In this document: positions 1 through 11,718 of the stretch, one piece after another
How the letters are laid out: every line of letters starts with the position of its first letter
How positions within the stretch are numbered: the first letter of the stretch is position 1
Source: Minutocellus sp. GHC0000111
Lineage: Eukaryota
DNA: 64,000 bases
Reading direction: 5' to 3'
Assembly: GCA_977018835.1 (NCBI GenBank)
Contig: OZ361260.1
Coordinates: 1,488,001-1,552,000 of the forward strand
Program-made: the position numbers and the translations under genes
Notes under the pieces: generated by a model
What the model was told of the DNA's origin: nothing
The model's input: the letters and a program-made list of their open reading frames with translations, nothing else
Databases searched by the model: none

Positions 1-3000
1 GCGTCAGGGTCAGCAATGCAGGATTTCCCGTCGGTCTCGTCGAGAGTGTATCCAGCGTTACAGGCACATTCAAATCCTGGTACTTTGTCGGTGCAAAGTT
101 GGTCGCAACCAGAGGTTCCAGTCTCGCATTCATTCTCATCTGACGTCTTGATGATCGATTGGACATCAACATCAAATTGCGGCACCTGGATCGCGGATGC
201 CAACTTGACCTCGATGGCCTCGTCGTCGGAAGGGATCTCGAGGTTGATGGTTACCTCGTACGTCGTTTTATTGTTGGCATCTAAGAGCTCCAATATTGTC
301 TGGTCCTTTGCCACGCAATTGGTAGGAAGGGTCGTGGCCGAATTCGCGTAAGACACGTACACATCGCACAGACTTCTCTGCTCGTCGGGGTCAAGGTGTC
401 GTTCCTCCGATAGCACAACAACTTGATCGAAGAAGGCAATCACTCCCCCGCAACCAGCAATGTTGTTTGATCCTGATGTAAAGAGGTCGAAATCTGAAAA
501 GAGATTGCATCCGTGGCTACCTCTATTTGGGAGAACGTAGTCGAGGTCGGCATCGTCGGTGATGTCGAACCAGTGGGATATGCCGTGCCATATGGCATCC
601 CACGAGGTTGTTGGGATAATGCGCCCTCGGGGAAGGACGTAGGCATCATCATTATCGAAGAAGGTAGATGGGTATTCTCCGAGGATCTTGCCGCCCTTTG
701 CTGAGCCGGAGGCCATGAAATAGTTTCCTGAGAAGACGATAAGAGAGCGGAGAAGCACAGAAGCGAAGATCAATGGTGGTGGTGAGGAAGAGTAGATAAA
801 ATACACTGCTACCATCCTCGCATTTGACTGACTTACCTCCCCACGCGTGGTCGGTACCTTGACCAGAATTTGGTGTCATTGTTCTACCAAATTCTGAGCT
901 CATAATAAAAATTACATCCGATGTGAGTCCCTCGGCCTCCATCTCGCTCCAAAATCCTTCCACGGCCCCATTGATCTCTAATAGCTGAGCGTTGAAGTTA
1001 CTCTTGGCATTGGCGTGATGATCAAAACCCCCAACTTCGACATGAAAAGCGTCTCGATTTACGCCTCTTCCAACGCGAGCCTTGATGAGTTTCGTCACCA
1101 TTTCCAATTGCCGACCTACTCGTCCATTGCCAAAGCTGCTCGCAACGGTGACGGCATCGAGCACATCCGTGTAGTCATCGGTGTACTTCCTGCTATCAAC
1201 CATTTTCTGGCTCCACAAGCTACCAAACATGCCGCTGGTGGCAGTAAAGTTGCCATTGAGATCGGCCATCAGCGCGAGAAGAGTATCCTTACCTCTCGGG
1301 CTTGCGCTGTCCGTGTCGAAGGCAAATGTGTCCACCGGTGGTTGGCCATCTAAAAGATCAATTGGGCCCCAGTTCGATATCACATCGATTGAACGGGCTA
1401 GCAATGGATTCCCTGCGAGGCTGATGGAAGTGCGGTCAATCGCGATGGATCCGACCGACATGGACTTGTCTTCGAGGACGTCCAGCATTCGACCCAAAAC
1501 ACCGGTACCTGGCTCGTCTCTGAAAGCGTCGACAAGATGATTTTCAATCTTCTGATGATAATGACTGAATAGCTGGGACCGGGTTTCAGTCTTGTAGTTG
1601 CTTTCAGTGACGGGCTTGTTGAGATGACCGGCGTTCGCGAAGAAGACGCCCGCGCCATTGTCGTATAGTGTCTTGAAGAAGTCGATGTTCTTGTTGATGC
1701 CAAACTCGGCGCATGGCTGGTCCGAGGACGTTGCATCAATTGTAACTACTTCATGCAGTGGGTCCAAAGCGACGTTCTCTCCTCGAACCTGCTTGTATTC
1801 ATCGAATAGGGGGCACGTTGGACCAGGAACCAAGAGGTTGAACGTGTCAGCGCCCCCAAAGAGATATAGGTGAACAATCGCTTTATACCCGGCATCTTCA
1901 GCTGGCGGGGGGCGAGGAGTGGGAGGGCGATTCTCATTGACCAACGTAGTCAGACTCGTCGAGTGGAACTCTGGCGTCGAAGCAATGAGCTCTTGAGCAA
2001 TCTTGAGGGCAATGTCTGGTCGCCGAGAATCGGAAGAGAGCCGCCCGCTGGTGAGAAGCAGTGAGAGTTCATCTACAACAGCGGCAGAATCGTTGACATC
2101 GACAGGCTCGTAGTTTAGATAGCCCGTAGAATCTTCGTAAAGACGATCCGGTTCTCTAACATCAGAGTTGCACGGATTGAAACTGAGGGTGTCAAAGCCC
2201 ATGCCAGCGCCGTATGGGCAGGCATTCAAACCATGGTGTATAAGCGCAGCGAGACCATTAAGTCGGCCGATTACTTGGTTGATCGACGACACTCCAGCTT
2301 CCGGAGCGACAAGGTTGGCCACTGAAAATATTCCTGGGGGGGTAAAATCTGGCGAGAAGAAAGAAAATTGATCGGGAGATGTATGAGCGTGTTGTCCAAT
2401 AAGGCCTTGGACGGCTTCGGCCAAGATGGAATCCGTCAGACGGCTGTGCCCGGTTCTGGTAAAGTCCATGGAGCGCATGAAGCCGACGACTCGGTTCAGT
2501 GGCGCTGCCATTGACCCGGCGGTAGGATCAACGTCAAGAGAAACCGAGAGACCCTCGCTTTCCAGCAGGATTGCCGCGGCTGTGGCCGCGAGATCTCCCC
2601 ATTTACCTGCACCGAATACGTAGGCACCGACTTGGTAGGTACCACTCTTGAAGGCCTCTGCAACGACCTGAACATACGCCGGGGACGGGTTTGACGTGCC
2701 AAAGTGCTTGATGAGATTCTTGGATACAAACGGCGCAGTATTCGGGTGATAGAGGTACATGTCGAGAGCGGCATCGATTTCGTAGTGGGCGTCTCGGACC
2801 TCTGGGTCTAAGAGAGTGAAGGACAAGAAGAGGGAGAAAGTTAGATAGATCTCAATAAAAGCGATTCACTTTATTCGGCCCGAATGTCATGCGTACAGAC
2901 CAACACAAGCATAACAAAAACTCACCGACAAGATCATGAAAAGTCGGCGCGTTGCGGAAAGAATAAATCCCGCCACCAATGCTGACGGTCGACAGCAAGT

Positions 3001-6000
3001 TCCGATAGAACTTGACATTGCCCGCAACATCTGTCGTAGAAAAGACGGTGTCCTTGGTGAAGGCCGAAGAACCCTCGGGAGCCCACGCCGACACATCAGC
3101 CAAAGTTCCAATGGACACATACTCTCCGGCATCAAATGTGTCGATGTCAAAGGCCCCGACATGAAGAAGAGAAAGAATGTCATCTCTCGATGGCAGGTCG
3201 GGGCCTTGAAACACCGCAGACTCCAACACCGTCACATCACACAAGCAATAGGCCGAACCATGAGCCTCGCAACCGGCTGTGACAGTGCACGAAGCTTCCG
3301 GCACACTGGGAAAATCACCGGCATTGGAGTCTCCCGTCGATGCCTCGTTCCACGACACATCAAAGAAGCTAATGCCCTCGTCAACGTCCACGTGATACAT
3401 TGTCTGGACCGCAGGATTCGTGTTCTCGTGTACAATTGCAACGAGACCATCACGATCAACCTTGACCTTGATGTTGCAGGGAGTTGCCGACCAACCGAAG
3501 GCTACTCTTTCATACATGTCATTACAACATGTGTCGGTGTTGGCCTTGAGACGATCGCTCTGACCGCCGTATTCGCAAAAGCTTTCTTCTGCTCCGTAAT
3601 TCCCGTTGGCGTCGTACTGGGTGTAGACGCCGTTTTGCTCGAAGCCCGCTCTGTCCGGAGTACAGATAGAAAAAGGATCGTCGTCGTACAGAGCAAGGCA
3701 ACGGTTCTCGTTGGTACCGTAGTCGACCCGTTCCCCTCGGTAGGCACAAGGGAAATCGGCATAAATTTTGTAGAGTCGAACCCCTTTCCAGGTGTAGACG
3801 GATGGGTCCCCGCAGCATGTGCTCAGCGCTTGAGGAAGTCGAGGATCAGCGCACATCTCGAAGAGCTTTTGGGGTTCCTTCCACACCATTTTGGCTGAAC
3901 CGAAGAAGGGAAAATTGACGCACGGCTGCCGAAGATATTCGTAGTATACGTCGTCGACCTTGACGGTTCGCAAGGAGCTCAAGTTACAGAAGTCATCAAC
4001 TCCGCCCTCGATGGTTACGGATCCATCGCAGGGAATGTTATCGGTGAGCTCGATGATGGGCGGAAAGGTACACTCACCAGCATCTGCGGAGCACAGTGCA
4101 GTGTACAGCGAAGAACCAGTGCCGGTAAGGTCTATGACGTTGGCCACAGCACTTTCATCAAGTGTCGGGTCGCTGGACTGCCAGTGAGGCCGTTTCGAGC
4201 CGCCTAGGAGACGGTACCGGGCACCCTTGCGAAGGTAGTGCTGGCGTGGAAGGTCGACACAGAGAGGGTACCCATCGCCTACATGTTTCCCTCGCAGGCC
4301 CATTTTTGGGAACCAGTCTCTGGCCCTGACATCATAAATTTGCAGAGGGTCGACACGAGAAACCGACTCCCATGCAGCCTCCTCCAGATTACCACGGCGA
4401 TGGGACATTTCAAGTCCGGTCCACAATTTTTGCGAGGCTCATCACCTCCTTTGTTCCGTAGGTTTCGATGACTCGGCCGAATCTGTCGAGCTTCTCCGTG
4501 CCATCGATATTCAATTCGACAAGGCCGATGGTGTAAAGCTAGAAATGGGAACAATCACAAGAGAATGCGATTCGATCGGCATGTCAGAACATTTTATAGA
4601 CCTGGATACATTTCGTCCTACCCCAGGTACCTAGCTAGGTACATGAAATAGTTGCTCTGCTTGAATTCACCGCAACTTTACTCACCTGCATGATCTCTCT
4701 AGCATAGTTTTCGTCGGGATAAACAAGCGTTCGGCCATCAACTTCCGGATTCCGACCATACTCTGGCATGAGGTCGTTGTTCCACTCGTACTGGACGGCC
4801 TTGTTGCTATTAAATGTAAGCATCTCGCCCATTTTGGGATTGAAGGACACGCGCTTGAGGACGTCTACATGAATTAGAAATTGAGAATCGAAGTGAGAAT
4901 GTTATCAGGAAAATACATTGGTTCCAAGAGCAGTATCTTGCTAGAAATAAATAGGTTAGAAATTGCTACATATACAACCAAACCAGCTCAAGCCGCCGCC
5001 GATTCAAACTCACCTCGATAGTTTTTCAGACCAAAATTCACAAAGATGTCGTAGAAGTTGATGTTCGGCTCGGTCCCCCAGGGATCAGTCAGCATCGGTG
5101 GACTTATGGAGAAGATTTGTGACAGGGCGAACGCCATTCTCTGTCCAAGCTGATCCGGAGCCGTCAGCGCCATCTGCGTCCACACATTGCGCTTCTGGTC
5201 GTCGTAGTCCACAGCGTCGCTCTGGACCTTCATGTTATTCAAATCAAAGCTATCAGAGCTGGTGGGATCCGGGGCGACCTCATTCTCGCTGCCACAGACC
5301 ACTACACCACCGCCAGACGCTCCGCGATAAACAGGTAGATAGTCCTGGTATTTTAGAACGTTGGCCCAGTTACCACCACCGGGGACCTGCTGGAGCTTGG
5401 CGTTGACACAGGCATTATCGTCAAGACTGAGACGGCATCCGTCCTCATTGAATGGGGTATATGGTGCATTAGCGCACATGGTAACAAGATGATCCTCTCC
5501 GTGGGCTGATCGAATCATGGCCGACCCGCCTCCATCAGGGGCAGGGGCGTCGATGGTATTTTCAACCAGGAGGGGACGGGCGTAAAAATAATGCATAGGT
5601 CGATGAATCTCCTCCAGGAAGACGGGCAAAGACCGGCTTAAGGGCATCCTCGTTGAAGCGGGTCTTGTCATATGCAGTGGTATGATAGTCTCCGGTTCTC
5701 TGATTGCCCCAAGTGTCGGCCCTGTCATCATCAGAAGCAAACGAAAAGATTAGAGGATAAAAAGGTGTCGAATGAGACAAGGGCGCCAAGGCAAATGGCC
5801 AACGACAACTTGACTTGGCTCAATTATAAACTGCCAAGCATTCCATAAGTATCGTTCCTTCATCTCCCTGCAACTTACCAGAAGCAAACCTCGGCAGGGT
5901 CCATGATGGCATCGCAAACCGCGGCATTGGTCTCGGCGAAAGTGCTTCCAGTGTACAGCACCTCGATGCCACCCTCCCGGATCTCTTCCACATTTGCCCC

Positions 6001-7050
6001 CTCCGCGGTCATATCCACCGCCTGCACACCACCCTCGGCGTCCGCCGCGGCAGCACTCCCCACCAGCAGATCTGGATGCATCAACACTTCCGGATTTCCA
6101 CCGACGACCATAATTCGTTCGTTCAGATCCTCACAAACGGTCGTGCATTCATTGCCCAAAATACAGCTGCTCTGCGCAATGAACAGGCTCCATTCCAGTC
6201 CATTGGTGTATCCTTTCCCCGTTGGCATGCTTGTACCGATGAATTCCATCACATCACAAAGAGTGTAGTCCACGTCGGTTTGCAACGTCACATCGATCCG
6301 AGCATACTTGTCACTTGGGTTGGCCGTATCCATCAGCTGTCCACCGGGAAGCGCATCCAGCACGGTCCGGATCCACTTGCCGTACTTGACGAGGTAGTAC
6401 ACGTTGCCATCAGACGGGCTGGTCCATTCCTCGAAGCGCACCTTATAAAATGGATTCCAATCCCAACCGAACGGTGCATCTCCATTGGCCTTGGATTGGG
6501 AGAATCGGGACAGCTCGACATCCTTGGTGGTAAAGGCAAAGCGTCTCCAACGGCTGTTCTGATCGCACGGATGTGGCCCAGCCAGAGCATAAGGGTAACT
6601 CGATGTCGTTCGAGGCACGAGGTGACGACGGTAGTAGGCTCGGTGCGAAGAGATGGGAGCGTCGTATATCTGATTGTGCGTGTATGCCGCCAACGCCTCT
6701 CTGCCATCGTCATCGGTCCCCAACGTCGATATGGAGGCGCTCAGAGATTGGATCTCCTCTAGCTTGGGCCCAAAGGTTGTCCGCTCCAGGAATCGTGCCG
6801 CCAAGACGTCGGAGCTTACCGAGGGACGATGGTACGACGTCAGGTAGTACTCTCCCTCGATTCCGTCCAACCCAGATATGATGCACTCCTCCTCCGCGCC
6901 ATCGCAGGTCAGAGTCGTCGTCGAGAGATATGCACCCGCCGTGAGCTGCCAGGCCCTGCCATCATAACTCCGAGCGATGGGAACATGAACGGACGAGACG
7001 AGACGGGTCAGAGTGCACAGACTCGTCTCGTCGGTGGCACCGGTCGTACG
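1..7050 (-). CDS. Large multi-exon DUF1800 + DUF1501 fusion protein with a C-terminal Ca-binding EGF-like domain. It runs off the left edge of the window and its 5' end is uncertain.
   Basis: DUF1800-type motifs (ARFLERTTFGP, QRMAFALSQIF, PDENYAREIMQ-LYTIGL, HPNTAPFVSKNLI, SNPSPAYV) are followed by DUF1501-type motifs (LYLFGGADTFN, LFSHYHQ, GGFDHH, SEFGRT, GTDHAWGG-GNYF). The last exon (<1-727) reads DENECETGTSGCDQLCTDKVPGFECACNAGYTL. GT-AG introns at 728-836, 2808-2925, 4539-4685, 4865-5013 and about 5722-5889. One-base indels in homopolymers at about 4430 and 5587. Confidence 0.85.
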
Positions 7051-7170
7051 TACGTATGACGTACCTAGGTACGTTGTACGTGAAAAATTGCAACCGTCAA
7101 AAACCGCGGCCATCATGCCAATTGGTACATACGATATCAACTGGCAAGGTGCTATGAAAAAACGGCAACC

Positions 7171-9523
7171 ATGGCGAGGAGGAAACCCATTAAAAAGGCC
7201 TCGTCCGTCGATACGATCTCTCCCGAGATCGAGGAGGTAGCCTCGAGAGCAGTAGGTGCGTTGTTATCCTTGGTGAATCCTCAGTTAATGCCGAGCGATA
7301 CGTTGGTCGCCCGAGTCGCGCCAGTACTCAGAGAATTTATTGACCTCGCTGGGCGGTCGAGCGATGGCTATGACCTTGCCAAAAGGATGGTCGAGTGTTG
7401 CTTCGTTGCCAAAGTTTTAGATAATGCCGCGGATGCGTTGAGTGCGACGGATCGAAGTGGCGGTGCAAGACATCATGGTCCATCTCCGGGCGAGCGAGAT
7501 TCGACCTCTCACGGAGGAGTCGCTTCCAAAGTTGAAGGAAGACCAAGACTTTGTCAACAAACCAGTTACCCTCGACAGGAACAGCGGTAGTCCATCCCAC
7601 TGGAGAAGCTTTGCGTTGATGCTCAAGGAGGCCGGATACAAACGGAGTGACCCTATATTCGACGAGGTGGTCGCTCTGGCAGCCTGGTTGGCCACAACCA
7701 AACAGTTAGACGAGTTTGTGATCATGCCAATCATCCTGGGCGAGGAGGAGACCATACTGGAACCCGAGTACGGCAGCCCGACCTTTTCGCTCATCAACGA
7801 GTACATTGCGCAATGTGAGAAGCGACCTGACCATGTAAAATTTGGAGGGGGGGCAAACAGGCGTTACCGTCAGATGGATTGTCCTACCGAAACGCAGATC
7901 CAAACATCGCTCGTGGCCGTCCGCAAGGCCCGCGTATTGGCTGGTAGCATCCAGTCCGGAGAGGAGGCCGAGGAAGAGAAGGAAATAGTTGCTGCATACC
8001 ACTACTCGGTGCTTCTGGACATACTCCGTGGTATGCATGGTTGCCGAGATTTCAAAAGTACTCATGCCATCGAGACGTTGGTAATGTGCGAGCTCGGCAT
8101 TCCGCCAGAGGAACTGGAGGAGGCGCGAAGTGGACAGGGCCGAGGCCGAAGGAAGCGAAGGAGGCAAAAGATATCGGCCAAGGCGGGGAAGAAGGAGGGC
8201 GAGGTTTTGGAGGAACTATTTGGGCCGGTCGACCTGATGCTGTATCGGATCGGATGCCACGCCCAGATCTCCTGTTCCGTGAAACCAAAGGAAAAGGCGA
8301 CGGAATTCAAGGTAGACGGACACCTCTTTTTGACCAAGTTACTGGACAACCTTGTGGATGCCAAGGTGTACGACGTGCCAAGGAAGCTATCGATCAGCGA
8401 AGGTGTGATCTGCGAGGCAATGAGAGGCACCTTGCCGAATGAGGAATACCGACTGGGCCGGTGCGTGTATCAGATTCTGCCCACCGGAGTCAAGCTGGTC
8501 GGCAAGATTACTCGGGCCACCGCCGAGGAGGATCCCGAGCTAACTTGTAGTGGTGGCGAGAAAGACAAGGATGACAAGATTGTGGAGGCGGCTAGATCGA
8601 GAGCTGGAATCGAGATGAGCAAATGGAGGAAGAATGACGAGGAGTTTCTGGTCTTTAAGATGCACGCTCGTAGGATGGTAATCCAGGCTTTAAGGAGTGT
8701 TCAGGAAGCGGACCATGCTAGGGAGATCCTCTTATCATATGTCCGTCTCATCCATTGGAGGTGCTCTGTTGTGAGCGCTGCCCTAATGGACTCAGAACAA
8801 GAAGTCGTTAGAATATCAAAGAGCACCAACGCTTCTGCCTTGCTGGATGTCCTGGAAAAGCAAGCGCCAGGCAATGATGCTGACCCCAAAAAGAAGGAAA
8901 AGGAGGAGGAAGCTGCGTCGAAAAAATTTCTGCACTTCCAAGAGGCGACCACGAAGGCAGGTCTCCACATCAGAGAGGTTGTGCAGCTAACTCGCACGGA
9001 CGTGCACTTTCTGAGGAACGCGATGCTGATGGTCATTGCAATTGATGCTTTCCCCGAGGCACAGCGTCGCAAAATGATGTCCAGTACCAGCAAAGAAGAG
9101 ATCAAGGGATTGATAAAGGACTCCAATCTGCCAGGCGTCAGAAGCTGGGAAAAAGCGGAGAAGGAGCTTACCCTACATGTAGGGTCTGCCACTAAAAGAA
9201 AGAAAAAGGGGGATGGCGGGATACATGTATATACACAAAACGAGCTCGCTAGGCAGGCGGCCACGTATCTTTTGGTTGCTCCACGGTTTTTGGCTTCAGC
9301 CAACAGCGTAGAGCAATTGATGTGTTCGTCGCTGAGTGCGATCAAGAAGTGCACAGGTCCCAACATCGTCGATGATGCCATCCTCGAGCCCGCAAAGAAG
9401 CGCTTGAGCCAAAAATTGCTCACCGCAAAGGATGGTGACACGATCGTCGTGGGGTGGCAGGGCAACAAGGAGTCCCCGGAAGACCACGTGAGGGCTCTGG
9501 CGAAGTACTTGCCAACGAGCTAG
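7171..9523 (+). CDS. Orphan protein of about 780 aa (one frameshift at about 7441) with possible HhH-like helical motifs
   Basis: ORF 7171-7440 (MARRKPIKK...) joins the 693-codon ORF 7442-9523 if one base is removed at GCG TTG A GTG CGA. Basic NLS-like stretches (GRGRRKRRRQK). Motifs LRGMHGCRDFKSTHAIETL and SEGVICEAMR. Confidence 0.6.
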
Positions 9524-9667
9524 CTAGGCCCGTTCAATTTTTAGAACCATCTAGAGTCAATACTAGTACATACCGGTACTTGCACATTACTTATAATAAC
9601 GACCCTGATGAATTTAACATTTTTCGCTCGGGAGAGCTCGCAAAAATAACGCGAGGGACGTTATTTA

Positions 9668-9730
9668 TGTAACCGAGGTCCCGAGGGCGCAAATTACGAA
9701 GTAGATCTAATTTGCCCGAGGGCGGTTACA
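9668..9730. repeat. Nested hairpin with CCGAGGGCG direct repeats, possibly a mobile-element terminus
   Basis: Outer stem TGTAACCG...CGGTTACA. Inner stem GCAAATTAC-GAA-GTAATTTGC, perfect once a GATCTA insert is removed. Confidence 0.6.
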
Positions 9731-9744
9731 AGTAGATCTATTAG

Positions 9745-10599
9745 TCTAGCTAGATCGAACACACATATCTTCTTCATTGCTACATGTATGCGGTCCATGC
9801 ACCACTTCCGTTGCACTGAGCCGTCGACGCTTCACCCATATATATACCAAGCGCATTTGAGTGGGGGGTGGTGGCATTTCTTGACAATTCATAGAGAAAA
9901 CTATTCCCAAAGTCCCGTGTCTGATGTCGGCACCAGATTTCACCTTCATTGCTTCTGCCGCCCGAGAGGAACGAAACCGGAGAAAGCGGCCAAACCAACA
10001 CGTGAGATCGATGGATGTAATATAGAATGAGCATCGTGCGTGCTGATATTGCGTGAAGGAACAGTGGTTGAGGCTTGAAGGGGGTTGTAGTTGGGGATTT
10101 GCTACTTTCAGATGTTTTTGCTTTCCATGGTGACGGCCACAATGATACAAAGATGGGGCCCAATATCGACCCTCTGGCGCAAACTTGCTCCCAATATTAC
10201 CCAAGTGAAAGTAATGCCGGTCAGGGGGAATTGAAATGGATGTAGACAAGCATCAGCCATCATTCTTTGCCATTTTGAGGGTAAAAAAATATTGAAAATT
10301 TCTGGGCATGAGGAGATGTTGCTAAAATAGCACATGATGTACGAATGAGTTTGCTTTCAAGTATGCAATACTCACCTAACGCATGTAGTTGGCGTATACA
10401 TCGGTTGGCTTGGAGTTATTTATCGTTATACCATCATTTGGTGGCCTTCTTGTGGAGATGAATTCTCCTTGCTTTCGCCGTGTTGAGAGAGGACATTTAG
10501 TGGGTTCATTTTTGCGCTGCATAAAGTATCGCACAAAAAAATTTCCTAGTGCCTTACTATTTACGGCGATTTTGTCGGCGGTCTCGTGGAATCACTCTA
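9745..10599. mobile_element. Probable truncated non-autonomous DNA transposon relic ending in GAATCACTC|TA
   Basis: Non-coding stretch whose right end (10589-10599) matches the right TIR of the MITE at 11288-11518. No matching left end was found. Confidence 0.4.
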
Positions 10600-10628
10600 C
10601 ATGTGTGTCTAGCTTTTATAGAGATCTA

Positions 10629-11121
10629 GAGTAAATGTCATATTAAGAAATGGGTACGATTAAGAAATGGGGTCTCCAGAGCCCATTGTACCATACTGCT
10701 ACTACGTAGCTAAAAAGTTCGTTTTCAAAATATTTTTCTCAGTGGCGTTTGATAGCTCACTGGATTCAGCTCGTGGAGAGGAGCTCAAATCCGGTGAGTT
10801 TTTGGAAATCTGAGGACTGGGGGGAAAGTTATGTGCGTTATTGTAAGTTCAGTATACCTACTAGCTTCTACTAGTCATGATTTTACGCGGTGAAGTTACC
10901 CTAGTATTTCTTAATTGGGCAGTTTTAGAAATCGTCCGGTGATGCCCAAAAATCGAAGTACGGCAAAACTCAGACGGCATGGAATTTTTCCGCCGTTCAA
11001 AATTTTCTCTTACTCTCCTCATTGAGAGCTATCAAAAACCGTGCCGTTTGGGGCGTCTCGACGAATGCTCGCATGTTTGTAGCATTTACTATTTTCAATT
11101 TCTTAATTAGACATTTTACTC
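10629..11121. mobile_element. MITE of about 493 bp with imperfect TIRs and TA flanks
   Basis: Left end TA|GAGTAAATGTCATATTAAGAAAT. Reverse complement of the right end TA|GAGTAAAATGTCTAATTAAGAAAT. Non-coding interior. Confidence 0.75.
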
Positions 11122-11208
11122 TAATGTAGACGTCTACGTTTGTAGATCTAGAATAATATAACATCTAGATCTAGATCTGTGTCTAATGTACGTTTACATT
11201 TGTAAATT

Positions 11209-11265
11209 GAATCTACGTAAACGTTTATCAGATTGTCATCTTGAGGGTAAAATCAATACATGTAG
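11209..11265 (+). repeat. Dispersed repeat of about 60 bp containing a hairpin, copy 1
   Basis: AATCTACGTAAACGTTTATCAGATTGTCATCTTGAGGGTAAAATCAAT matches the copies at about 17968 (+) and 51900 (-). Confidence 0.8.
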
Positions 11266-11287
11266 TAGATCTAGAGTCAAATCAATA

Positions 11288-11518
11288 GAGTGATTCGGTG
11301 AATGATCACAACACCAAATACCGAAGTACTGAAACGTCTGATCACGCAATCTTGCTTTGAAAATATTGCTCATTCATTGGCGATCAGCGTCGAACCAGCT
11401 GATCAACGAAGAATGAGGAATATATTTTGAATTGACTGGCACTCAAGACTACGTGATCAGACACTTCGCTATTTGAGTGTTCGATCATTTGCTGGTGTGT
11501 GTTTCTCCCGAATCACTC
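11288..11518. mobile_element. Foldback-type MITE of 231 bp with TA flanks
   Basis: Perfect TIR TA|GAGTGATTCGG...CCGAATCACTC|TA. The interior forms a long imperfect palindrome (e.g. GTCTGATCACG/CGTGATCAGAC, CTCATTC/GAATGAG, GATCAGC/GCTGATC). Confidence 0.85.
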
Positions 11519-11718
11519 TAATACATGTACTAGTCTAGAGTCTAGTAGATCTACCGGTACATGTGTACCGTTGCACCGGTACCGGTACGTCACAGCTGAA
11601 AAGAGATTTTGTTAGCAGTTTCTTTCAGACATCGATGGCAGCGGCGCGGAAATGCGGAAAGCCCAAGCTCGGCATCAACAACTTGAAAACTTCCACCACA
11701 CCATTTCCATTGCCGACC

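Noticed and set aside
2936..3898. Long antisense or alternative-frame ORFs (e.g. 2936-3898, 8701-9468, 34404-35399)
   Set aside because: Shadows of GC-rich coding genes on the other strand or frame, with no motifs.
7080..9545. AAAAATTG...CAATTTTT as TIRs around the orphan ORF
   Set aside because: Only about 8 low-complexity bases match and there is no TSD.
9757..10610. CACACAT...ATGTGTG as CACTA/Transib ends
   Set aside because: The match is 7-8 bp with no target duplication. The GAATCACTC|TA end explains the right boundary better.
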